Source: an uncultured Solirubrobacteraceae bacterium
Lineage (GTDB): Bacteria; Actinomycetota; Thermoleophilia; Solirubrobacterales; Solirubrobacteraceae
Direction of reading: 5' to 3'
Assembly: GCA_963831105.1 (NCBI GenBank)
Contig: CAWHOS010000006.1
Span: 39,107-103,106, forward strand
Length of the DNA stretch: 64,000 bases
The notes under the pieces are model-generated. The model ran no database searches and was not told the origin of the DNA. It was given only the letters and a program-made list of their open reading frames with translations. Both the position numbers and the translations under genes were made by a program. Shown piece by piece: positions 20,471 to 29,378 of this stretch; the first letter of the stretch is position 1; every line of letters starts with the position of its first letter.

Positions 20471-22396
20471 TCAGGCCGCGGTCGGAGCCGCCGGAAGATC
20501 GCCGGCGATGCGCGTGCCGCCCCCGCGCCGCGAGTCGATGCGCAGCTCGCCTCCGACGGCGGCGACGCGGTCGCCGAGATTGGTGAGGCCCGCTCCCCTC
20601 GGCACCGCCGCGGGGTCGAACCCGATCCCGTCGTCCTCGACCGAGAAGCGCACGCGGCCGTCGTCCTGGGCCAGCCGGACCGTCACCGCGGCGCCGGCGC
20701 CTGCGTGCTTGGCGGCGTTCTGGAGGGATTCGAGGCAGCAGAAGTACACCGCCAGCTCGACCGCCTCGGACTGGCGCGGGAGCGTGCCGGCGATGTCGAC
20801 CTGCGTCGCCGATCGCACCGCCACGGCCTTCAGGGCCGGCCCGACGCCGGCCTGCGCGAGGATCTCCGGGTGGAGCCCGTGAGCCACCTCGCGGAGCTCG
20901 TCGATGGCGTCGTCGACCTCCGATCCGAGGCGCTCGAGCATCTCGCGCTGCTCGGCGCTGCCCATCGTCCCGCCCGCCAGCTCGAGGTGGATCCGGAGGG
21001 CCACCAGCCGCTGCTGCGCGCTGTCGTGCAGATCGCGCTCGATGCGCCGCCGTTCCTCGTGGCCGGCCTGGAGGATGCGGGCGCGGGACGCGCGGAGCTC
21101 GCCCTCGAGGCCGCCGTTCTCGACGGCGAGCAGGGTGGCCGCCGATGCGGCCTGCACCAGCTCGGGATCCTCGGTCAGCGACTCGTCGACCACCATCGCG
21201 GCGACGGGCCGCCCGTCGCGCTCGACCGGCACCCACGCCCGTCCGGCGGGCGCCGGCGGGGCGAGCACCATGCCGTCGGCGGTGCGGAAGCTCGCCGGTC
21301 CCGGATCGTGATAGGCCAGCTGGAGCGCGTCGTCGTCCAGCGCCTCCGCGATCATCGCCCTCCAGCCGTCGGGGGTCGGTCGCATGGCGAGCCGTTCGAG
21401 CAGCTTGCGCAGCGCCGTCATGGCGAACCGGCCGGCTTGGAGCAGCGCGATCAGGAAGCCGATGGGGAGGAGGACCCTCGTGACGACGATGCCCCAGGCC
21501 AGCGTGTCGAGGGTCTCCGCGTCGAGGAAGAGGATCCAGGCGCCGACGTTGTAGACGAAGTACGCCGGGAGGAAGAGCAGCGAGGTCGCCCCGACCGCGG
21601 CGAGCGCTCTCCGCTGCGGTCTCGACGCGTTCCGGAAGCGGATGGCGTAGATGACCAGGACCGCGACCACGATCGTGAGGGCGGTGTAGGTCTCGGCCTT
21701 GCCGGCCACTTCGACGAGCCTCGGCGCCGTCGCGATCTGGAGCACGTTCTCGGGACATGCCGCCGCGCACCGGGTCAGCGGTCCACCGCCGGCGATGACC
21801 GGGGTGAACAGCGCCCAGGGGAGGAAGAAGGCGAGCACGCCGATCACGAGCGCGCCCATGACCCAGCGCGCCGCGCGCGGCTCCAGGCGCCCCATCGGGA
21901 ACGCGAGGAACAGGTAGAAGGTGAGCACGAAGAACGGCGCCTCGGCCAATACGCCGATGTCGAAGATGAGCGGCTCGTCCGCCCCCTGCCACGACACGAT
22001 CCACGTGAGCAGGCCGAAGACGACGAGCAGGGGGCCGAAGCGGCTACCCGGGCGGCGGATCCACCAGTACAGGCCGATCGTCGTCGAGGCCGCGATGAGA
22101 TAGCCCCAGTAGACGCCGGCGGCCGCCGGCTTGTCGAGGTGCTCGCTGGTGAGCGCCAGCCAGATCGTGACGGCGACCATCGGCACGATCGCGACGGCGA
22201 CGAGCTTCTGCAACGTCGACGCGGCCACCCGCGAGCGCCAAGACGGTCCGGCACCGGCCTCGGACGCGGGGCTCGTACCGAGGGCCGGCACGGCGACGCC
22301 GGAGAACACCCTCACAGCGCGATGTTGCCAGAGCCGACATGCCGGATGGGGAAAATCGCGTGAACACCTAGGTTCTCTCCCTGCCCCGCGGATCAC
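20471..22396 (-). CDS. sensor histidine kinase (HisKA_3/NarL class) with a large polytopic N-terminal sensor
   Basis: H box ERRRIERDLHDSAQQ, N box LQNAAKHA, G boxes DDGIGF and GLTNLGDR. About 330 aa of TM segments. No adjacent response regulator. The start is uncertain because the ORF maximum overlaps the upstream gene by 29 nt. Confidence 0.8.
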   Translation of the reverse strand: MIRGAGREPRCSRDFPHPACRLWQHRAVRVFSGVAVPALGTSPASEAGAGPSWRSRVAASTLQKLVAVAIVPMVAVTIWLALTSEHLDKPAAAGVYWGYLIAASTTIGLYWWIRRPGSRFGPLLVVFGLLTWIVSWQGADEPLIFDIGVLAEAPFFVLTFYLFLAFPMGRLEPRAARWVMGALVIGVLAFFLPWALFTPVIAGGGPLTRCAAACPENVLQIATAPRLVEVAGKAETYTALTIVVAVLVIYAIRFRNASRPQRRALAAVGATSLLFLPAYFVYNVGAWILFLDAETLDTLAWGIVVTRVLLPIGFLIALLQAGRFAMTALRKLLERLAMRPTPDGWRAMIAEALDDDALQLAYHDPGPASFRTADGMVLAPPAPAGRAWVPVERDGRPVAAMVVDESLTEDPELVQAASAATLLAVENGGLEGELRASRARILQAGHEERRRIERDLHDSAQQRLVALRIHLELAGGTMGSAEQREMLERLGSEVDDAIDELREVAHGLHPEILAQAGVGPALKAVAVRSATQVDIAGTLPRQSEAVELAVYFCCLESLQNAAKHAGAGAAVTVRLAQDDGRVRFSVEDDGIGFDPAAVPRGAGLTNLGDRVAAVGGELRIDSRRGGGTRIAGDLPAAPTAA

Positions 22397-23195
22397 ACGG
22401 CAGCGCCGCGTCGTCGCCGAGGGCGCGCCGGTAGTCGTCGAGCACGTCGAGCGTGCGCTCCATCGCGACGGGTCTCAGGGCGCCCAGGCCCGGGTCGTAG
22501 GGATCGTCGAGGAAGCGGATCAGCAACAAGGTGCCCACGATGACCATCACGACGGAGCCGACGAACGTCGCCTGGACCACCGCACGCTCGCCGCTGTCGG
22601 CGAACACCAGCATGAAGCCGATGATCATCACGGCGCTGACGCCCAGCACGAGCCAAAGCGGCGCCGGGATGACCCCCGCCGCTCCGTGCAGGCGGGAGTT
22701 GCGCGCCGCCTCGCGCTCGAGGCGCTGGTCGAGCCACTTCCCGTACGCCGCCTCCTGGGCCGCGGTGCGTGGCTCGATGCTCCGCAGCGTCCGGAACAGC
22801 CGCAGCCCCCAGGGGTTGATCTCGGACGTGTGGGTCCCGGCCTCCATGCGCGGCCACTCCTCGTGCACGACGGAGCGGGCGTAGCAGACGAGCTCCCCGG
22901 CCAGACGACGGCCCTGCTCCTCCGGGAGCAGGTTGGCCACCTCGAACTGCTGCGCGACGGTGATCGCCTCCGTCTCGGCGCCCGCGCGCGACTCGTCGTA
23001 GTTCGTGAACGCGAGCACGACGACGAGCCCCAGCAGCACCGCGAAGCCCGTCGCCAGGACGCCGAACACGCCCGCGGCGCGATCCCCGTCGGTGTAGAAG
23101 CCGCCATCCGGCGCCCGCCTGCGCACGAGCAGGAGCAGGCCGATCGCCGCCGCAGCGCAGGCGACGACGATGACTCCCGCGGCGAGGACGTTCAC
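22368..23195 (-). CDS. DUF4239-type membrane protein
   Basis: The GTG overlaps the PRC-barrel gene stop (GTGA). The layout (TM, soluble helical region, two C-terminal TMs) and the FTNYDESRAGAETEA segment resemble DUF4239. Confidence 0.6.
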   Translation of the reverse strand: MNVLAAGVIVVACAAAAIGLLLLVRRRAPDGGFYTDGDRAAGVFGVLATGFAVLLGLVVVLAFTNYDESRAGAETEAITVAQQFEVANLLPEEQGRRLAGELVCYARSVVHEEWPRMEAGTHTSEINPWGLRLFRTLRSIEPRTAAQEAAYGKWLDQRLEREAARNSRLHGAAGVIPAPLWLVLGVSAVMIIGFMLVFADSGERAVVQATFVGSVVMVIVGTLLLIRFLDDPYDPGLGALRPVAMERTLDVLDDYRRALGDDAALPCDPRGRERT

Positions 23196-23872
23196 CCGTC
23201 GCGGTCGCGCCGGTCCACGAGGTGGCGGCGATCGAGGCTCACGCGCTCGAGCGCCCCGACGTCGGACTTCGACATCGAGAGCGCGATGGCGTCGTCCTCG
23301 ACCGTCGCCACGGCGCCGATCGGGATCACGACCTCGTGCCGGCCCCAGAGGTGGCCGTGCTCGAGCACGACGTGGCTGATCTGCTGCGTGTCGTCCACGA
23401 CGAACCCGTCGACGTGGCCGAGGACGTGATCGTCGGAGGAGATGACCGCGCTCTTCCGGCGGATCTCGACCTCGCCCTTCGGCACGCGGTCGTAGCGGAC
23501 CGTGACCCCCTGCGCGGGGTCCGGGACGCCGACGCCCGGGAGGTCGACGGGCTGGTAATACGGCAGGGCGAGCATCTCGCTGATGCCGACGTCCCACTCC
23601 GGGTCCTCGACGGGGAACTCGCCGAGCCGGAGGTAGTCGACCATGTCGACCGCCGGCAGCGCCAGCGCCTCGTCGAGGGTGCACGAGAGCCCGATCTCCG
23701 GCTCCGCGCCGCCGCGCGCGAGCGTCACGGGCACGAGGCGCGACCGGTGCGAGTCTCCCGCCTCGACGACGAGATGGGTGACCCGGCGGGTGGCCGGGTC
23801 GACGACGACGTCCGCCAGCCGGCCGAACGCCGCGTCGGAGCAGTGCACCGAACTGCCGAGATCGAGTCGCAT
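23192..23872 (-). CDS. PRC-barrel domain protein (two barrels)
   Basis: Repeated pattern G.V.D.VVD....V.HLVV (GRLADVVVDPATRRVTHLVV and GHVDGFVVDDTQQISHVVL). Confidence 0.65.
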   Translation of the reverse strand: MRLDLGSSVHCSDAAFGRLADVVVDPATRRVTHLVVEAGDSHRSRLVPVTLARGGAEPEIGLSCTLDEALALPAVDMVDYLRLGEFPVEDPEWDVGISEMLALPYYQPVDLPGVGVPDPAQGVTVRYDRVPKGEVEIRRKSAVISSDDHVLGHVDGFVVDDTQQISHVVLEHGHLWGRHEVVIPIGAVATVEDDAIALSMSKSDVGALERVSLDRRHLVDRRDRDG

Positions 23873-23928
23873 CGGCCCACCGTATGAGCGCGCGCGCCCG
23901 CCGTCCTCGTGCGAAACGGGTGAGGCGG

Positions 23929-24621
23929 CTACACGACCGGCAGCGTGACGACGTAGCCGACGCCGACGAGCAGCAGCACGGTCCCCATCCCGAGGACGCC
24001 GTAGCGCAACGGCCGCCAGTCCAGCCGCAGCGAGATGCCCGCGAAGAACAGCACCGCCGCGAAGAACAGGGTCGAGAGGATGTAGCGGTCGTCGTTGGTC
24101 TTCGCGGTGGTCCCCTCGCGGTAGAGCCCGTCGGCCTCGGCATCGAGCTCCGAGGAGCGCACCGTCTCCGCGAGCCGGTACTCGGGCATGTACAGCGGGC
24201 CCGGGACCGTGCTCCGGCTCGTGAAGGGCCGCTGGGCCATCCAGGCCTCGAACGCCGGCTCGAACGCCGGCCGGAAGCGCCGGCGGTAGATCGCGGCGAG
24301 CTCCCGGTCGCCGGCCTCGCGCGCGTCGAGCCAGCCGTTGAACATCACGAGATCGTCGATGCGCAGCTGTCCCGCGAGCGTCGACTGGGCCTGCGCCTTG
24401 ATCCGCATCGTCGATGCGCGCGCGAAGCTCTGGGCCTGCTCACCGGACCACCGCGCCGCCTGATAGCCGCTCCACGCGGTGGCGAGCGTCGTCAGCGCGA
24501 GCAGCAGGATCGCGTAGAGCTCGAGCACGCGCTCCCTGCGGTCGGGCGCGCCGGACCTCCCTTCACCGTGCCCCGGTGGCTCCGTGAGCTCGTGGGGAGC
24601 GTGGTTGTGGACGTGGGGCAC
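23929..24621 (-). CDS. hypothetical membrane protein, DUF4337-like (tentative)
   Basis: His-rich N terminus (HVHNHAPHE), one TM, a long helical region and two C-terminal TMs. Confidence 0.5.
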   Translation of the reverse strand: MPHVHNHAPHELTEPPGHGEGRSGAPDRRERVLELYAILLLALTTLATAWSGYQAARWSGEQAQSFARASTMRIKAQAQSTLAGQLRIDDLVMFNGWLDAREAGDRELAAIYRRRFRPAFEPAFEAWMAQRPFTSRSTVPGPLYMPEYRLAETVRSSELDAEADGLYREGTTAKTNDDRYILSTLFFAAVLFFAGISLRLDWRPLRYGVLGMGTVLLLVGVGYVVTLPVV

Positions 24622-24686
24622 TAGGGCCGAATGCTCCTTCGCCGGACTCAGTGGTTTGACACTTCAGGGCACCACGCACGTCCGCG

Positions 24687-24704
24687 CATCACCCGATCGG
24701 GACG
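24687..24704. promoter_or_regulatory. GGATGA-box variant (CATCACCCGATCGGGACG)
   Basis: Same CCCGATCGGG core as 2931-2949. Overlaps the AI-2E stop codon and lies 66 nt upstream of the 24621 start. Confidence 0.3.
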
Positions 24705-25907
24705 ATCGGGGTGGCCGGCATCTCGTCGTCGCGAGGGGTCTGCGCCTGCGGGGAGCCGCGGTTCTCGATCGCGCGGGCGCGCGCGAGGTCGGAGGAGATG
24801 TGGACCGCGGCGGAGGTCAGCGGGGCGGCCAGGACGAGGCCGATCGTCCCGAACAGGCTCCCGCCGGCGATCGTGACGATGAGCACCGCGAGCGGATGGA
24901 TCCCCAGCGTCGCGCCGAACGCGATCGGCTGGATCATCTGCTGCAGCGCCCCGTTGGCCAAGAGCACGATCACCGCCATCGCGATCGCGACGTCGCTGCC
25001 CCCTGATCCGAGCGCGATCAGCACCGTGAAGGCGCCGGCCGCCCACGCACCGAGATACGGCACGTACGCCGCGAAGAAGTTGACCAGCATGATCGAGCCG
25101 ACCTGGGGGAGGTCGAGCACGAGCGCTCCGAGACCGATCACGATCGCGTTGAAGGCGGCGATCGCCGTCACGCCGGCGAAGTAGCCCTGCAGCGCGCCGA
25201 GGGTGCGACCGGTGATCGCCCTCGCGACGGAGCGGGGGAGGCCCATGTGGCGCTCCGTCCACGCCCGGATCTGCGGCCCGTCCTTGAGCAGGAAGAACAG
25301 GCTGAGCGCGGTGAACGACAGGAACACGACGAGCGAGGCCAGCGCGCTGATGCCCACGCTGAGCCCCTCGAGGAGGGCGTGGAACGCGTCGCTCACCGTC
25401 GAGCTGGCGTCGCTTGACGCGCTCTGCGCCTTGTCCGCGCTCACCCCGGCGTCCTGGAGCCCGCTCTCGATCTTGCCGACGGCCTTCTGGAGCGTGTCCT
25501 GCATGGTGCTCGCCTGGCTCGCGATGCCCGAGAGCACCAGGATGACGACGCCGATCCCGAGGCCGAGGAGCGCGAGGAACACGACGACGGTCGCTGCCGC
25601 GCGCGGCATGCGCCTCGCAAGGATCCGGACCAGCGGGGCGCACACGGCGGCGATGATCGTCGCCGTGACGACGGGGATGACGATGGTGTTGATCGAGTGC
25701 CAGCAGCGCGACGGCCGCGACGACCAGCGCGCAGATGCCGACCAGCAGCCACGACATCGCGCCGAAGTCCCGCAGCCATCGCGGCGCCGCGAAGACGCCG
25801 GCCAGCTCACCGGGCTCGACGTCGACGAAGTAGGCCTGCTCCTCGTGCCGCCCGGCGGCGTCCGGGCGCTGGCGGAAACGTGCGCGGATGCCATGGCGGC
25901 GGGACAC
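24689..25907 (-). CDS. AI-2E family (PerM/UPF0118) transporter with an apparent +1 frameshift near 25694
   Basis: The N-terminal 70 codons (...VVAAVALLAL) are in the frame of ORF 24648..25907. The rest (INTIVIPVVTA...FFLLKDGPQIRAW...) is in the frame of ORF 24689..25894. The GTG start lies 2 nt after the LuxR stop. Confidence 0.7.
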
Positions 25908-25909
25908 GG

Positions 25910-28168
25910 TCAGGCAGCGCCCAAGTCGTCGAGCAGGCCGATGTCGCGGGCCTGCACCACCGCCTCCGAGCGCGAGGAGGCGTCGAGCTTGCGGTAGACG
26001 GCGTGCGCGTGGGTCTTGACCGTGTTCGCGGTCACGTTGAGGTGCAGGCCCATCTCGCGGAAGGACAGGTGGGTCGGGAGCAGGCGCAGCACGCGCAGCT
26101 CGGCATTCGTCAGCGACGCGGGACCCACGAGCGCGGTCGTCACGAACGTGTCTGCCTGGCGCTGGCCGTCCTCGACCCAGCGCGCCGCGAGCGGCGCGTC
26201 GGCCACCGCGTGCAGGAGCCTTCCCGCCTGCGAGAGCACCGTGCGTGAGGCGGTGGCGTCACCGAGGCGCAGCATCGTCCGGGCGAGGGCCACGCGCGTC
26301 GCGACGGCGTACCACGGCGCCGGGTCCACGAGCCGCGCGAGCAGCTCCTGCGCCTGCCGGCGGTCGTCCTGGGCCGCGTCCACACGGTCGCGATGGGCCC
26401 GGACGAGCGCCGACACCGCGAACACCAGCGCCGAGCTCGGATAGTGCGAGACGTCGGCTCGTTCGAGCTGCGCCCGGGCACGCGATGCGAGCAGTGCCGC
26501 CTCCTCCCAGTCCTCGTCGTCGGCGCGGATCAGCGCGAGCTGAGCGAGGCAGAGCACCTGGGCACTCGGGGCGACGACGCTGCCGCGGCGCGCGCCCTCC
26601 TCCAGCACGGGCACGGCGCGCGCCCGATCGCCGAGCAGGTGCAAGCCTGCGCCGCGCAGCATGCACGCCAGCGGCCGCCACGGGTGGTCCTCGGCCGCAA
26701 GCTCGTATGCGACCTCGGCGGCGTCGACCATGGCGGACGTCCCCCCGCGGGCGAGCACCGCCCGCAGGACGGCGCAGTCCGCGGGCGACGCCTCGATCTC
26801 CCGTCCGGCGGCGAGCAGCCGCTCGGCCGTGTCGAGCCAGTGCTCGAGGCGGTCGCGGTCGCCGTCGACGAGGTGCGTGGATGCCGCCGCGAGGGCGAGC
26901 GACGCGTGCGAGGAGATCTGCTCGGGGCGCAGCCGGCCGAGCCACGTCCGGATCTCGTCGACGTGACCGTGCGCGATCCGGGAGGGCGCGATGGCCCACA
27001 GTCGCGTGCCGGCGGCGGCGACGTCGCCGGCGGCGAGGGCGTGGCCGAGCGCGTCGTCGATCGAGCCCTCGCGCTCGAGCCACGCGCCGGCGCGCCGATG
27101 CAGGTCCGCGGTCCGGATCGGATCACGCCGTCGCTGTTCCGCCTGGAGCATCTCGGCGAGGAGCGGGTGGTGGCGGTACTCGTCGTCGGCGTGGTCGAGC
27201 GGCACGATCGGGACCCCGGCGCGCGAGAGCGCCCGGAGCAGGATCCCGGAGCCCGCTCTGTCGAGCAGCGCGTCGCAGGCGGTGCCCGAGAGCCGCGCGA
27301 GGACCGAGGTACGCAGCAGGAACGCGACGGCGGGCGCATGGAGCCGGCTCAGGATCTCGTCGCGCAGGTAGTCGGCCATCATTCGGTCGTCACCGGCGAA
27401 GCCGGCCACGGCCGCATGCGGATCGCGCCCGTTGCGGATCGACAGCGCGGCGAGGTAGAGGGCGGCGGGCCAGCCCTCCGTGTGCCGGAGCAGCGCGGCC
27501 AGGTCGGCCGGCTGGAGCTCCACTCCCGCCATGCTCAGCATCGCCGCGGCCTCTCGCCGCGTCATCGCGAGCTCGGCTGCGCCGACCTCGACCACGAGTC
27601 CCTGCGCGCGAAGGCTGCCGAGGGGCAGCGACGGCTCGCTCCGCGCGGCGACCGCCAGTTGCGACCCGGTGGGCAGCTCGCGAGCCCACGCCGCCAGCTC
27701 GTCTTGGGCCGCCTCGACGTCGGCGCCGTCCAGGACAGCGACGGCCGGTGACGGCAACGCCTCGAGCGCACGGGCCGCGCACTCGAGCGCGGCGCCGGGG
27801 TGGACGGCCTCGGGCGCGATCCAGGCGAACGGGCGGTCGTCCCGCTCGGCCCACTGGCCGAGCAGCGTGGTCTTGCCGTAGCCGGCCGGGGCGCGGACGA
27901 GCACGAGCGGGGCGTTCGTGGACTGCACGAGCGTGCGTACGAGCCGGTTGCGCCGCACCGTGCCCCGGCGGATGCGCGGGTGGCTGTCGAGGGCGACGGC
28001 AGGTGACCGTGCCTCGAAGACGAAGGTGGGTGCTGCGCTCACGCTCCCAGCATTCCTGGGCGGCCGCGGCGCCGCTAGGGCGCACGCCGGGGAAGATCCG
28101 GGAGGCGCACGGCGGTTCGGCGGTGGTGCGCGCACCCCGGCCGGTCGACGGGAGGGCACCACCGGCAC
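25910..28168 (-). CDS. MalT-like STAND ATPase / LuxR-family transcriptional regulator
   Basis: Walker A APAGYGKTT, a long helical/TPR-like middle region, and a C-terminal LuxR HTH (LTNAELRVLRLL...TVKTHAHAVYRKL). The true start is probably downstream of the ORF maximum. Confidence 0.8.
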   Translation of the reverse strand: MPVVPSRRPAGVRAPPPNRRAPPGSSPACALAAPRPPRNAGSVSAAPTFVFEARSPAVALDSHPRIRRGTVRRNRLVRTLVQSTNAPLVLVRAPAGYGKTTLLGQWAERDDRPFAWIAPEAVHPGAALECAARALEALPSPAVAVLDGADVEAAQDELAAWARELPTGSQLAVAARSEPSLPLGSLRAQGLVVEVGAAELAMTRREAAAMLSMAGVELQPADLAALLRHTEGWPAALYLAALSIRNGRDPHAAVAGFAGDDRMMADYLRDEILSRLHAPAVAFLLRTSVLARLSGTACDALLDRAGSGILLRALSRAGVPIVPLDHADDEYRHHPLLAEMLQAEQRRRDPIRTADLHRRAGAWLEREGSIDDALGHALAAGDVAAAGTRLWAIAPSRIAHGHVDEIRTWLGRLRPEQISSHASLALAAASTHLVDGDRDRLEHWLDTAERLLAAGREIEASPADCAVLRAVLARGGTSAMVDAAEVAYELAAEDHPWRPLACMLRGAGLHLLGDRARAVPVLEEGARRGSVVAPSAQVLCLAQLALIRADDEDWEEAALLASRARAQLERADVSHYPSSALVFAVSALVRAHRDRVDAAQDDRRQAQELLARLVDPAPWYAVATRVALARTMLRLGDATASRTVLSQAGRLLHAVADAPLAARWVEDGQRQADTFVTTALVGPASLTNAELRVLRLLPTHLSFREMGLHLNVTANTVKTHAHAVYRKLDASSRSEAVVQARDIGLLDDLGAA

Positions 28169-28238
28169 GGCTCGCGCGCGCGGAGACTGATGGCCGCATG
28201 ACCGCTCCCATCCTCGTCGCCACGACCCGTCAAGGCGG

Positions 28239-29195
28239 TCAGAAGACGGTGGTCCAGCCGTTCTTGACGCTGATCACGGTCCATCCGTCGGCCGCCGCCT
28301 GCTCGAGCGCTTGCTCGGCGCCCGTGGTGTAGGCGAACTCCCGCTCGCCGTCGTCGTGCAGCACGAGCAGGCGCAGGGACGGCTTGTCCGCGTGCTGGGT
28401 GAAGTGCAGCATCGGGATGTCGCCGTTGGAGTTGCCGGCCGCCAGCAGCGGCCGGCGGCCTGTGCGGCTCCAGATGCGGACGGGCTTCTCCGGGCCGTCG
28501 TCGAGGTAGTCGAGCTCCGCCTTGTGCGTGATCGTCCCGCCGTGCTCGTCGCTTGTGTATCCGAGCGCCGCGCTGCTGCCGATCACGCGCTGGCGCGGGA
28601 TGCCGTACACGTCCTGGGTGATCGGGCGCATGAAGTCGCGGCCGCCGCCCGAGGCGATGTAGTTGGTGAACCCGTTGGCGGCCAGCAGCGCGAGCAGCTC
28701 GAGCATCGGCGCGTACACGCACTCGAGATAGCCGCGCCCGAGCGTCGGGTGCTGCGTGCCGCGCAGGAAGCGGTCGGCGCGGGCCTCGAACTCGTCGACG
28801 CTCATGCCGTCGTAGGCGGCCAGGATGCCCCCGGCCAGCACCCGGACGTTGGAGTCGTCGCCCGCGTAATGCTGCGCCATGAGCGCGCCGAACCAACCGT
28901 AATCGCGCTCGCAGGCGGCCTTCCACGGCTGGCGCTCGCGCAGTGAGGCCTCCGCGCCGGCCATCTCGACGAAGCGGCGCAGGATGAAGTCGAGCTGGAT
29001 CGGCATCGGCTTCTCGCACCACAGGGTGCCGTCGTTGTCGAACACCGCCACGCGGTCCTCGACCGGCACGGGCTCGTGGCCGTCCGCGCCGGTGACGCGC
29101 GCGACGAACGAGAGGATCGCGTGCTTGGCCGGCCCGTCGCGCCAGCTCTTCAACTCGGTCCTCCGGGGTGCGTGGGTGTCCGCAGTCGTGGCCAT
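28239..29195 (-). CDS. HAD-superfamily hydrolase (subfamily IB-like)
   Basis: DxDGT motif FDNDGTLW, SGGGRDF and GNSNGD motifs. Confidence 0.7.
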   Translation of the reverse strand: MATTADTHAPRRTELKSWRDGPAKHAILSFVARVTGADGHEPVPVEDRVAVFDNDGTLWCEKPMPIQLDFILRRFVEMAGAEASLRERQPWKAACERDYGWFGALMAQHYAGDDSNVRVLAGGILAAYDGMSVDEFEARADRFLRGTQHPTLGRGYLECVYAPMLELLALLAANGFTNYIASGGGRDFMRPITQDVYGIPRQRVIGSSAALGYTSDEHGGTITHKAELDYLDDGPEKPVRIWSRTGRRPLLAAGNSNGDIPMLHFTQHADKPSLRLLVLHDDGEREFAYTTGAEQALEQAAADGWTVISVKNGWTTVF

Positions 29196-29226
29196 GGCAG
29201 CACGCTACGAGCGCCCCGGGGACCCT

Positions 29227-29246
29227 TCATCACCCGAACCGGATGA
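29227..29246. promoter_or_regulatory. GGATGA-box (TCATCACCCGAACCGGATGA)
   Basis: Inverted TCATC / GATGA arms, 32 nt upstream of the HAD gene ATG. Nearly identical to the 30881-30900 copy when reverse-complemented. Confidence 0.35.
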
Positions 29247-29378
29247 TCACCCGGCGCTCACGCAGCGCAGCCGACGCGCGGCGGGCCGGTAGCGTAGGCA
29301 GTAGCTGTCGGCGCAGAGGAACGAGCCGCGGATCGGTGGGGCGGTGACGGCGCGCCGTGACCCGCCGACCGGCGCGCC

